Shown: piece after piece, positions 24,766 through 32,000 of the stretch
How the letters are laid out: the number at the start of each line of letters is the position of its first letter
How positions within the stretch are numbered: the first letter of the stretch is position 1
Assembly (NCBI RefSeq): GCF_000012925.1
Contig: NC_007517.1
Location: forward strand, 2,400,001 to 2,432,000
Direction: 5' to 3'
Origin: Geobacter metallireducens GS-15
GTDB taxonomy: Bacteria > Desulfobacterota > Desulfuromonadia > Geobacterales > Geobacteraceae
Length of the DNA stretch: 32,000 nt
Position numbers and translations under genes: made by a program
Notes under the pieces: model-generated
What the model saw: only the letters and a program-made list of their open reading frames with translations
What the model was told of the DNA's origin: nothing
Databases searched by the model: none

Positions 24766-26313
24766 TTACATCATGCCGATGTCCCACACCCCCATCATCC
24801 CGATATCCTCATGCTCGACGATGTGGCAGTGGAACATGGTCATGCCGTCGTAGTCCTTGACCGGGACGAGGATGGTGGCGCTCCCCATCTTCGGGATGAT
24901 GACCACGTCCTTCCAGGCCGGTATGGTGGTGTAGAGCGAGGCATAGTCGGGATCGCCGCCGGTGACGGAAAGAACCTGGCACGAATTGACATGCTGGTGG
25001 AACGGGTGATCCATGCCGCTCTGGTTGACGATCTCCCAGACCTCGTAGGTGCCGAGGCCGGACGAAATCGTATAGGCGTGGTCCATGTCGGTGTACGAAA
25101 TGCCGTTGATGTACCCTCTCCCCATCATCATGCTGAGAGAGATCTGCCGCCGCGGCAGGAGGGAAAGGTTCATGTTCAGCCGTGCCGCCGCCGGATTCAC
25201 CGCCGTGGGGAGGGTGTCGCCCGCGGATATCCCGCCATAGGCGAGGGTCAGGAGCGTCACCTGCTGCAGGGAGCCGCCCCCCCGGGCGTAGGGGAGCGAC
25301 AGCAGCTTGAAGTTCCCGCCCCCCTGGTCCGCCTTGACCAGGACATCGACCCGCTCTCCCGGCGCCAGGAGGATGGTGGAAAGCTTATAGGGCTTGTCGA
25401 GGAGCCCACCGTCGGTCCCCACGAGCCAGAGGGAGTGCCTGTCGAGGGAAAGCTTCAGGAAGCGGGCATTGCAGGCGTTGACGATCTGCCACCGCTGCAC
25501 CTGCCCCGGCCGGATCGACAGGACCGGGTTCACCTGCCCGTTAACCATGACCAGGTTCCCCTCCTTCCCCCGCATGAAGTCGGAGTTGGAGGTGTACGGC
25601 TCGGGAAGGCCGTTGGCAATGGTGAGGTCCTTGATGAACATCACATGGGTCTCGTAGCCGGAAAGCGGGCTTCCCGCAGCATCGTCAATCACCAGAGGGC
25701 CGGCAAGCCCGCCCCAGTACTGCTCGGCAACGGAGCCGTGCACGTGGGGATGGTAGAAATTGAGGTGCCCTGGCTCTTCCAGGGCGAGATCGTATTCGTA
25801 ATTGAGCTCCGTGCCCGGCGCCGCCGTCATCATCATGTTGTCGCCCATCCCCGAGGGGGTGACGTGAAGACCATGGGTATGGATGTTGGTGATGTTGCGC
25901 ACATGACCGAGGATGTTGCTGGCGGTCGTTTTCGGCAGCATATTGACCATTCGCACCTTGAGCATATCGCCCCGGGCAGCCCGAATGACCGGGCCAGGAT
26001 ACATGCCGTTGTAAGTAAGAAGGGTCACCGCGGTGCCGTTCAGCCGCAGCCGTGCCTCCTTCACCAGAAGCTCGTAGGCCCCGGCGCTATTCTTCGTGGC
26101 ATTGGGAATATCGAAGAACGACGCTCCCGGCGGCGGATCGACAATCGTCGTAGTCGTCCCCCCCATGCCGCCGCCCCCCATGCCACCGCCGCCCATGCCG
26201 CCACTCCCCATCATGGCCCTGACCACGCCGGCGTGGAGAGTGGCGTAAACGCCCGCAACGCCCACCGATGCCGCAGTGATGAATTTCCTGCGGTTCATTC
26301 CTCTTTTTTTCAT
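24766..26313 (-). CDS. Tat-exported three-domain multicopper oxidase (CueO/CopA/laccase-like)
   Basis: ORF 24766..26403. The ATG at 26313 lies 7 nt after AAGGAGA. Twin-arginine signal MNRRKFITAA...VRA. Copper motifs HTHGLH, YHPHVHG, HPFHQHV, HCHIVEHEDIGMMG. Confidence 0.9.
   Translation of the reverse strand: MKKRGMNRRKFITAASVGVAGVYATLHAGVVRAMMGSGGMGGGGMGGGGMGGTTTTIVDPPPGASFFDIPNATKNSAGAYELLVKEARLRLNGTAVTLLTYNGMYPGPVIRAARGDMLKVRMVNMLPKTTASNILGHVRNITNIHTHGLHVTPSGMGDNMMMTAAPGTELNYEYDLALEEPGHLNFYHPHVHGSVAEQYWGGLAGPLVIDDAAGSPLSGYETHVMFIKDLTIANGLPEPYTSNSDFMRGKEGNLVMVNGQVNPVLSIRPGQVQRWQIVNACNARFLKLSLDRHSLWLVGTDGGLLDKPYKLSTILLAPGERVDVLVKADQGGGNFKLLSLPYARGGGSLQQVTLLTLAYGGISAGDTLPTAVNPAAARLNMNLSLLPRRQISLSMMMGRGYINGISYTDMDHAYTISSGLGTYEVWEIVNQSGMDHPFHQHVNSCQVLSVTGGDPDYASLYTTIPAWKDVVIIPKMGSATILVPVKDYDGMTMFHCHIVEHEDIGMMGVWDIGMM
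26158..26214 (-). repeat. in-frame tandem ~15-nt repeats encoding a Met/Gly-rich segment MMGSGGMGGGGMGGGGMGG
   Basis: The + strand reads ...CATGCCGCCGCCCCCCATGCCACCGCCGCCCATGCCGCCACTCCCCATCAT.... The segment lies directly after the predicted Tat signal cleavage site. Confidence 0.7.
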
Positions 26314-26365
26314 GATGAAATCTCCTTTCCCTGGAATTTCCGTTGTTTTCGCGAACACCGTCGAG

Positions 26366-26396
26366 GTAACGAAAACCCGCCCCGAAGGGCGGGTTT
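26366..26396 (-). terminator. rho-independent terminator between the two multicopper oxidase genes
   Basis: On the - strand: AAACCCGCCC-UUCG-GGGCGGGUUU (perfect 10-bp stem with a UUCG tetraloop) running into UUUUCGUU. It lies 34 nt after the stop at 26431. Confidence 0.65.
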
Positions 26397-26430
26397 CGTG
26401 CATCGCGACACAGTACTTGTTCGTCTTGCT

Positions 26431-28557
26431 TTAGGGCTTGACGGGGATATACGGCCGCATCATCTCGTTGTCCTCGTGGTCGAGGATATGGCAATGCCAG
26501 ACGTAACCGGGGCCATCGGTGGCGTCGAAGGAGTAGCCGACGGAACCGCCGATCGGGTTGCCCTGGGGCGAGAAACGCACGGCGATCCGGGTAACCTCTC
26601 CCGGCATCATGACCACCGTATCCTTCCAGCCCTGCTCGTTCGGAGCTGCCGGCACGGGTGAGCCCTGAAGATAGGGGGTGACGAGCAGGTTGCCGCCTAT
26701 CACCTGGTTCTGCCCGCCGATGGAGAGGGTATCCGTGAGGACAGTGGCGTACGGGTTGGGAGGGCCGTCTCCCGGGCCTTTCCCTGCTGCGGTCAAAGCC
26801 GCCATCCAGTCCGACAGGTACTTGTTCGCCTGGTAGGGCTGACGGTTCATGATCTGGAACTGCACGAGGTGGAGGTGGATCGGGTGGGCATCGCCCGTCG
26901 TGTTGATGATCTCCCAGACCTCGGTTGAGCCCAGGGTGGGAAGTTCGGTGAGCCAGTAATCAACCAGCTGCGTGCTTCCGGCAACCGGGGTATTCGTGGT
27001 GCCCATCGTGCTCTCCATGATGCCGCTCCACTTGGTGTTGTTGAGGAGCACCTCCAGCGGCCCGCCTCCCCCTTCTATTTCCCTCAGCACCAGTTGCCGC
27101 CGCGTGGCAACGGTCACACCGGGGGCTGTGGTTCCCTTGGCGGTCGCCAGTTTCACCATGGGTGTTGTCCGGAGGACGCATTTATTGCCGCTCTTCTTGG
27201 AGGCTGCCGGGTCACAGGTTCCGTCAGTGTCGCCGGTGACTGTCGTCCCTACCCTGAACTGCATTATCTGGGCGGTGGTCTGCGGGTCAGCGGCCATGCC
27301 GCTCGGGAAGGGGGCCTTGGCATTGTTCGTGAGAGTAACGGTTTTCCCGGCAAAGGGGGTAAAATCGACGATGACATCGGCCCGCTCACCCGGTGCCAGC
27401 AGCAGGCGGCCAGGATAGACAATAGGGACCGGCGCGTCGAGTAACCCGCCATCGGTGCCGATCTGCCAGATGGGTGCGCTGCGCAGGACCCCATCAATGA
27501 AGGCCAGGTTATAGAAACGGGCGTTGGAGCCGTTGAGGAGACGGAGGCGATAGCGCCTCGGCTCAACGTTCTGATAGGGCCACGATTTCCCGTTCACCAC
27601 GATGACGTCGCCGAAAAATTCGGGAATCCAGAACGGATGAACCGTGGGGTTAGGTGGCGCGCCGTTCAGCCCGGACGGGAAGCCGTCGGGGAAGAGGAGT
27701 TGGCCGGCGGTGTCGAACTGCCGGTCCTGGATGAGGATCTCGGTCTCCTGGTCGCCGGCGGGAAGGCGGATCGGGTTATCCGCTCGGCCGGTATCGCGGT
27801 CGTCCCGAAGGAAGTAGAAGGCTGCCAGGCCGCCATAGACGTTGAGCCGGGTCGTGCCGAGGGCGTGGTCATGGAACCAGAGGGTTGTTGCTTCCTGGCC
27901 GTTCGGGTAGTTGTAGACCGCTCCGTTTGCCGGGGCTGGCGGCGCGCCTGCCGAGGTGTAGGTCCTGTAGGCCGGGCCACGCATCCCGTTCGGCGTGAAC
28001 CACTGCTCCGGTCCGCCGTCGAAGTCCGACTTGTCCTCGCCGCCATGGAGGTGAGCGACCGCCGGCACCGGACCGGTATAGGGGTCGAAACACCCGGCGG
28101 CCATGGGAGTAAACATGCACCTGAGCTTGAACGGATCGGCCCAGTGGATCGTCTGGTCCACCGTCAGATACTTCTGCAGCAGCGGCGGTGTCCCTCCCGG
28201 CCCTGCCAGGTTGTTCACATACGTCGCCGTGGCCGGGCTCCCCTTTGTCGCCTCAACGGTATATCCCGGCCAGAGGGGGCCGTTGCCGTTGATCTTGTAC
28301 CCCCAGACGGTCGTTGGGCCAAAGCCGCCCGACGCCGGGAGGACCTGCTGTTTGAATTCCTCGAAGGAAACCGTGTACCCCGACGTGGCCGGCACCCGTG
28401 ATCCCGCGAAGGTGGGAAGCGGATCCCGATACTTGGGGACATTCTTCCCCGGCAGCGCCGTCTGGGGGACAAGGAAGCTGGCGGAGGCGTTCCCGATGCC
28501 GAGCGCCAGGGTAATGCCGGCTGCAACTGCTCCTCTCCACAATGATCGTCCGTCCAT
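26431..28557 (-). CDS. large multicopper oxidase, CotA/bilirubin-oxidase-like
   Basis: ORF 26431..28671. The ATG at 28557 lies 6 nt after AAGGAG. Sec-type signal ...LALGIGNASA. Copper motifs HLHGGE, WFHDHALGTTRLNVYGGL, HPIHLHLV, WHCHILDHEDNEMM. About 708 aa. Confidence 0.85.
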   Translation of the reverse strand: MDGRSLWRGAVAAGITLALGIGNASASFLVPQTALPGKNVPKYRDPLPTFAGSRVPATSGYTVSFEEFKQQVLPASGGFGPTTVWGYKINGNGPLWPGYTVEATKGSPATATYVNNLAGPGGTPPLLQKYLTVDQTIHWADPFKLRCMFTPMAAGCFDPYTGPVPAVAHLHGGEDKSDFDGGPEQWFTPNGMRGPAYRTYTSAGAPPAPANGAVYNYPNGQEATTLWFHDHALGTTRLNVYGGLAAFYFLRDDRDTGRADNPIRLPAGDQETEILIQDRQFDTAGQLLFPDGFPSGLNGAPPNPTVHPFWIPEFFGDVIVVNGKSWPYQNVEPRRYRLRLLNGSNARFYNLAFIDGVLRSAPIWQIGTDGGLLDAPVPIVYPGRLLLAPGERADVIVDFTPFAGKTVTLTNNAKAPFPSGMAADPQTTAQIMQFRVGTTVTGDTDGTCDPAASKKSGNKCVLRTTPMVKLATAKGTTAPGVTVATRRQLVLREIEGGGGPLEVLLNNTKWSGIMESTMGTTNTPVAGSTQLVDYWLTELPTLGSTEVWEIINTTGDAHPIHLHLVQFQIMNRQPYQANKYLSDWMAALTAAGKGPGDGPPNPYATVLTDTLSIGGQNQVIGGNLLVTPYLQGSPVPAAPNEQGWKDTVVMMPGEVTRIAVRFSPQGNPIGGSVGYSFDATDGPGYVWHCHILDHEDNEMMRPYIPVKP

Positions 28558-28695
28558 GGTTGACTCCTTTTTCGCTGACAGTATGTGCCGCACTTCCATA
28601 AAATCCCCGTCCCTGGGGAGCCGGCAATTTTCTGCCGGTGCCGTCATGGCATTGATCATGGACGGTCTCATCTCGTATTCCGTTGCCGGGGCACC

Positions 28696-30327
28696 CTATT
28701 TGCCCCCGGGACCGTTATGGCAGTCGTAGCATCCCACCATATCCCCCTTGGCATAGACCTTCATCCCCGTACTGGTGGTCCGGAAGCTGCGCGCGGTAAA
28801 CGTTCGGGAGAGCCGGGTCCCGCGGTAGTCCTTGCCGTGGCAGACGGTGCACGCCTGCGAATCAGCCTTGGCCGCACTGCCATGGGTATCCACCCACGCC
28901 GCGCCAACGGTGTGAAGCCCATGGGGTCCGCCGGCAGCGCTCGGGGGGAATCCCTGGGGATGGCAGACGACACATTCCGCAATAGTTCCGGCATACCCCT
29001 GGAGGTTGATGCTCTGCACATTGTCGTTATCCTCCGAAGAGGGATATTCGGCATGGGTGGAACCGTGGCACGCCTCACACTGCATGGTTCCGTGGGTTGC
29101 GCCCACCTTGAAGAGCGCCTGGCCGGTCGAGAAAATGCTGGTCGTTTGCCGGAAGTTTCCGGATACGTCGAAGGCCGAGGTGTCGCGCACATACGTCCCG
29201 TCCGGGGCCTGGTAATGGCAGTACTGGCATTTGGGGAGATCGATCCAGCCGGCACGCCCTGCCCCCCCCACAACGTTCATGGAGCCATGGCAGCTCTGGC
29301 ATTCGAGGGCGGCAGAGCCGTCCGGATTTTTTGCGTTTCCCATGACGCCCCGCAGGCACTGGGTCGTGGAGCCGGGATGGCAGTAATAGCAGCCGGACCG
29401 GTCCATGGTCTGGCCGAGGGGCATCCCGGTAGCATCATCCATGGCTTTGACCGCATGCCACGAATGCATTGAGGTGGTGAGCTGCTTCACCCCCGCGACC
29501 CCTGTCGTTCCCAGGGCATTGGACGGGTGGCACCCCGCGCAGAGGATCGGGGTTCCGGCATCGGAGGTGGCCAGAAGCCCGGCGGGCAAATATCCTTTCT
29601 GTGCCAGGGCAGTTGCATACAGGGGGTTTGCGCCATTCTTGGTGTCATGGAGGAGCAGGATGTTTCGCCGCCAGTCCCTGACAGGATTGGGATCGAAGAC
29701 CCAGTCGGGCGAAGGCTGCGCCATGGGGTCGCCGATGCCGGAGGTGTGGCATTTGCTGCACGCCAGTTCATCGCTGACCGGCAGCACCGTATAGGTCGTG
29801 GCGAGGAGCACTCCGCGGCCGTCCCTGGCCTCAACCTTTACCATCGGGTAATAGTTGGGAGCGCCTGCATCATCATGGGGAAGGATCGGTATCCCGTCAG
29901 CCTTCCAGAATCCGGATGCCGGATCATAGGACATGGGCGCCGGAGCGGTTCCCGGCGTCCGATTGCCGGTCAGTCCGGTGTCCACCGGCAGGGTCACGCC
30001 AAACAGGCCGGACACCCACTGCCAGAAGTTCGTTTTCCCCTTGCTCGTGGAGTTAATGGAACCGCGCGTGTCGGCGGTCGCGGTGTAGGTTACGGTAACG
30101 CCTGCCGTCACCTGCTTGCCGGTTTGACGGTCGATCAACTGTGCATGGAGGTTGTTGTACGGGGGGAGAATCGCGAAGACCGAATAATCGTTGTCTATGC
30201 AATGCATCCCCAGATCGTTCCAGGCGATAAGGGAATATGCTGCCGGGGGATCGCCTGCCCCGTTTCCGCCACACCCCGCGCAGACCATGACCACCAGGAG
30301 AGCGGACAAATGCAGTTTTGTTTTCAT
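28696..30327 (-). CDS. multiheme c-type cytochrome lipoprotein (nine CXXCH motifs)
   Basis: ORF 28696..30456. The ATG at 30327 follows GGAGAG. Signal/lipobox MKTKLHLSALLVVMVCAGC. Heme motifs CSKCH, CAGCH, CYYCH, CQSCH, CQYCH, CEACH, CVVCH, CTVCH, CYDCH. The first ~190 mature residues carry no heme motif. Confidence 0.85.
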   Translation of the reverse strand: MKTKLHLSALLVVMVCAGCGGNGAGDPPAAYSLIAWNDLGMHCIDNDYSVFAILPPYNNLHAQLIDRQTGKQVTAGVTVTYTATADTRGSINSTSKGKTNFWQWVSGLFGVTLPVDTGLTGNRTPGTAPAPMSYDPASGFWKADGIPILPHDDAGAPNYYPMVKVEARDGRGVLLATTYTVLPVSDELACSKCHTSGIGDPMAQPSPDWVFDPNPVRDWRRNILLLHDTKNGANPLYATALAQKGYLPAGLLATSDAGTPILCAGCHPSNALGTTGVAGVKQLTTSMHSWHAVKAMDDATGMPLGQTMDRSGCYYCHPGSTTQCLRGVMGNAKNPDGSAALECQSCHGSMNVVGGAGRAGWIDLPKCQYCHYQAPDGTYVRDTSAFDVSGNFRQTTSIFSTGQALFKVGATHGTMQCEACHGSTHAEYPSSEDNDNVQSINLQGYAGTIAECVVCHPQGFPPSAAGGPHGLHTVGAAWVDTHGSAAKADSQACTVCHGKDYRGTRLSRTFTARSFRTTSTGMKVYAKGDMVGCYDCHNGPGGK

Positions 30328-30647
30328 GGGGTTCTCTCCTGGCAGCGCCTGGCGTGGCAAGATTGTGCTGGTATAGAGTCTATCGATAAATCGGGAATTG
30401 GCCTTGATGTAAATTGCTGAATATTTGTGAAATATTGCTATAGCGGGTTGCATCATTTTTTTGTATCAGCGCAATATTGACTCATTACACATAGTTGAAC
30501 TCGTTTTAATACAACTTTGATTCAGATCCAGATACTAAATTGACATTTCTAGTAAGCAATTATTTTTGTGTAATAAATCTGCAACACAAAGACAGTTGGA
30601 TTGTTTTTGGTATCAAAGAATTTTATGCATAGGATTTAGTTGTGGAT

Positions 30648-31400
30648 TCAACTAAGGCAGGAGCGTCTGAATGCAGATGGGGATATGCCAGTAATGCTCT
30701 TGAACTGTCGGGTGAATTCACTCGGATCATTGAACCCGAGCTTGTAGGCAACGGTCGAGATAGTGAGATCCGCTCTCCGGAGAAGGGTTTCCGCCTTGCT
30801 TATCTTTACCATATTCATGAACCGCATGGGGCTCACGCCGATATACTTTTTGAAGTTGCGGCAGAAGTGGAATTTACTGAGGTGGGCCGCGCGGGCCAGG
30901 TCGTCGAGATATAAGGCGCAGTCGTAATTGCTCTTGATGTGCATGACCGCACGGCCGATCGATTCGGGAAGGTCGTCGGGAAGGTTGATGGGATCGGAAT
31001 AGTGCCGCTTGAGGGGATCTCTGCGCTCCCGCTGCATCCGGCGAAGGGCGAGTATGGTTTCAACCGCATGCTGGAGCACATGCAGATCGACCGGCTTGCG
31101 GAAATACTCCCGGGCTCCTTTTCTGAATGCCTTGAGGACGATCTCCTCGGAGCTGGAATCGGTCAGAAAGATTACCGGCAGATCGTTGCGAAGTGCTTTG
31201 ATTTCTCCAAGGAGGGTTATCCCGCCATCGGCGTCGGTGCCGCTGTCGAGGATGACGATATCCGGATCACTGGGGCCAATTGCCGTGGAAAGCCCCGCCG
31301 CGGATACGAGCCGGATGCCCGCATTGCCGACTGCCAGCAAGTCATACAGATCGGAATGGCTCGGTTCGGCAACAACAACTATGGATTGGGCCAGTGACAT
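30648..31400 (-). CDS. response regulator with AraC-family HTH output domain
   Basis: Receiver domain (VVVAEPS ... DIVILDSG ... VIFLTDSS ... FRKP). C-terminal AraC HTH (AHLSKFHFCRNFKKYIGVSPMRF ... VAYKLGFNDPSEFTRQFK). Confidence 0.85.
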   Translation of the reverse strand: MSLAQSIVVVAEPSHSDLYDLLAVGNAGIRLVSAAGLSTAIGPSDPDIVILDSGTDADGGITLLGEIKALRNDLPVIFLTDSSSEEIVLKAFRKGAREYFRKPVDLHVLQHAVETILALRRMQRERRDPLKRHYSDPINLPDDLPESIGRAVMHIKSNYDCALYLDDLARAAHLSKFHFCRNFKKYIGVSPMRFMNMVKISKAETLLRRADLTISTVAYKLGFNDPSEFTRQFKSITGISPSAFRRSCLS

Positions 31401-31424
31401 CGCCAGACCTTTCCCATGAACCCA

Positions 31425-32000
31425 TCAGATCAACTTGTTCTCGATGACGAAGCGGGTCAGTTCCGCGTTGTTTTTCATGTTCAGCTTGCGCAGGATGTGG
31501 GCCCGGTAGGTACTGACGGTCTTCACGCTCAGGGAAAGCTCGGTGGCGATCTTGCCGACCGTCTTGCCTGAGGCGATCATGCTCATCACCTGATACTCCC
31601 TGTTGGAGAGACTCTGGAGGAGATCCTGCTGGTTATGATCACTGAGACCGGATACCAGAGACTCCGCCAGGGCCGAGCTCACATATTTTTTCCCCATGGA
31701 AATCTTATGCAGGGCATCGAGCAGTTCATTGGAAGCGCTTCCCTTGTTCAGGTAGCCCGCTGCCCCCGATTTATACGCACGGAGCGCGTACTGCTCCTCG
31801 GGGTGCATGCTCATGACGAGGACCGGCAGTTTCGGTTTGATGCTTTTCATCTCCGTCAGGACATCGAGTCCGTTTCTGCCCGGCATGGTGATATCGAGGA
31901 TCACCATGTCGTAATCATTGGCCTGTATCTTGTTCAGCAACTCCTTGCCGTCGACCGCTTCGTCGACAACGCTCATGTCCACCGTGGTGCCAATAACCTG
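31425..32000 (-). CDS. NarL/LuxR family response regulator, N-terminus cut off by the window edge
   Basis: Receiver (DMVILDITMPGRNGLDVL, VLVMSMH, GAAGYLNK) plus LuxR HTH (LSNREYQVMSMIASGKTVGKIATELSLSVKTVSTYRAHILRKL). The reading frame stays open to position 32000. Confidence 0.85.
   Translation of the reverse strand, partial: QVIGTTVDMSVVDEAVDGKELLNKIQANDYDMVILDITMPGRNGLDVLTEMKSIKPKLPVLVMSMHPEEQYALRAYKSGAAGYLNKGSASNELLDALHKISMGKKYVSSALAESLVSGLSDHNQQDLLQSLSNREYQVMSMIASGKTVGKIATELSLSVKTVSTYRAHILRKLNMKNNAELTRFVIENKLI

Noticed and set aside
24427-24853. ORFs 24427..24699 (+), 24518..24853 (+) and 24563..24787 (-) in the long gap downstream of the oxidase gene.
   Set aside because: They use non-ATG or context-less starts and have no RBS. 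Their translations are Arg/Gly/Ser-rich and do not look like proteins. One overlaps the 3' end of the oxidase gene.
30355-30369. TGGCAA-GATTG-TGCT, a sigma-54-like sequence in the cytochrome leader.
   Set aside because: It is on the + strand with no + strand gene downstream, and the GG-to-GC spacing is one nt short of the -24/-12 register.
30540-30566. TTGACA (30540-30545) with TATTTT 15 nt downstream on the + strand.
   Set aside because: It would drive transcription antisense into the AraC-type regulator. The spacer is short, and such matches are expected by chance in this AT-rich stretch.
30328-30647. Search for a GEMM-I (cyclic dinucleotide) riboswitch upstream of the multiheme cytochrome, as found before many Geobacter cytochrome genes.
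   Set aside because: I could not find the conserved GCAAACC ... GACGCAAAGCC ... CCGGCCUAA type core on the - strand. A covariance-model scan would be the decisive test.
1-32000. Scan for mobile elements, CRISPR arrays, tRNA/rRNA genes, in-frame TGA selenocysteine codons, and defence or toxin-antitoxin genes.
   Set aside because: No transposase, integrase or recombinase-like ORFs were found. There are no regularly spaced direct repeats and no cloverleaf-like or rRNA-like segments. No split same-frame ORF pairs separated by TGA were seen. Base composition is uniform apart from the promoter regions.

Overview
GC-rich, densely coding chromosomal segment with a Geobacter-like (Desulfuromonadales) organisation. 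It looks like part of an anaerobic aromatic (benzoyl-CoA pathway) catabolic island. I support 24 protein-coding genes in about 8 transcription units. (1) + strand: a marR-like repressor, then a three-subunit molybdenum hydroxylase (FAD, 2Fe-2S and Mo subunits) followed by four maturation genes (xdhC, yqeB-family, yqeC, mocA). This set is the comparative-genomics signature of selenium-dependent Mo hydroxylases. (2) - strand: an acetyl-CoA hydrolase/transferase::GNAT fusion translationally coupled to an MBL-fold hydrolase. (3) + strand, divergent from unit 2: a benzoate-CoA ligase family gene with a candidate sigma-54 promoter, plus an unrecognised polytopic membrane protein. (4) - strand: amidohydrolase_2 protein, sensor kinase and sigma-54-dependent response regulator. 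From memory, this layout matches the published bamY/bamVW region of Geobacter metallireducens. (5) - strand: lipoprotein plus porin. (6) - strand: etfB-etfA-bamQ-bamR, where bamQ is 6-hydroxycyclohexenoyl-CoA dehydrogenase-like and bamR is dienoyl-CoA hydratase-like. (7) - strand: a nine-heme lipoprotein cytochrome c followed by two multicopper oxidases. (8) - strand: two tandem response regulators, NarL/LuxR type (truncated by the window edge) and AraC type. I found no rRNA, tRNA, CRISPR array, transposase or integrase. The most interesting items are the Se-hydroxylase maturation signature on an enzyme that is not a canonical 4-hydroxybenzoyl-CoA reductase, the Pat-like GNAT fusion facing a ligase that carries a PX4GK acetylation motif, and the uncharacterised heme-copper operon. 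Several short cis-elements shared between promoters are also worth testing. All functional calls rest on motif and family recognition by eye; no searches were run.
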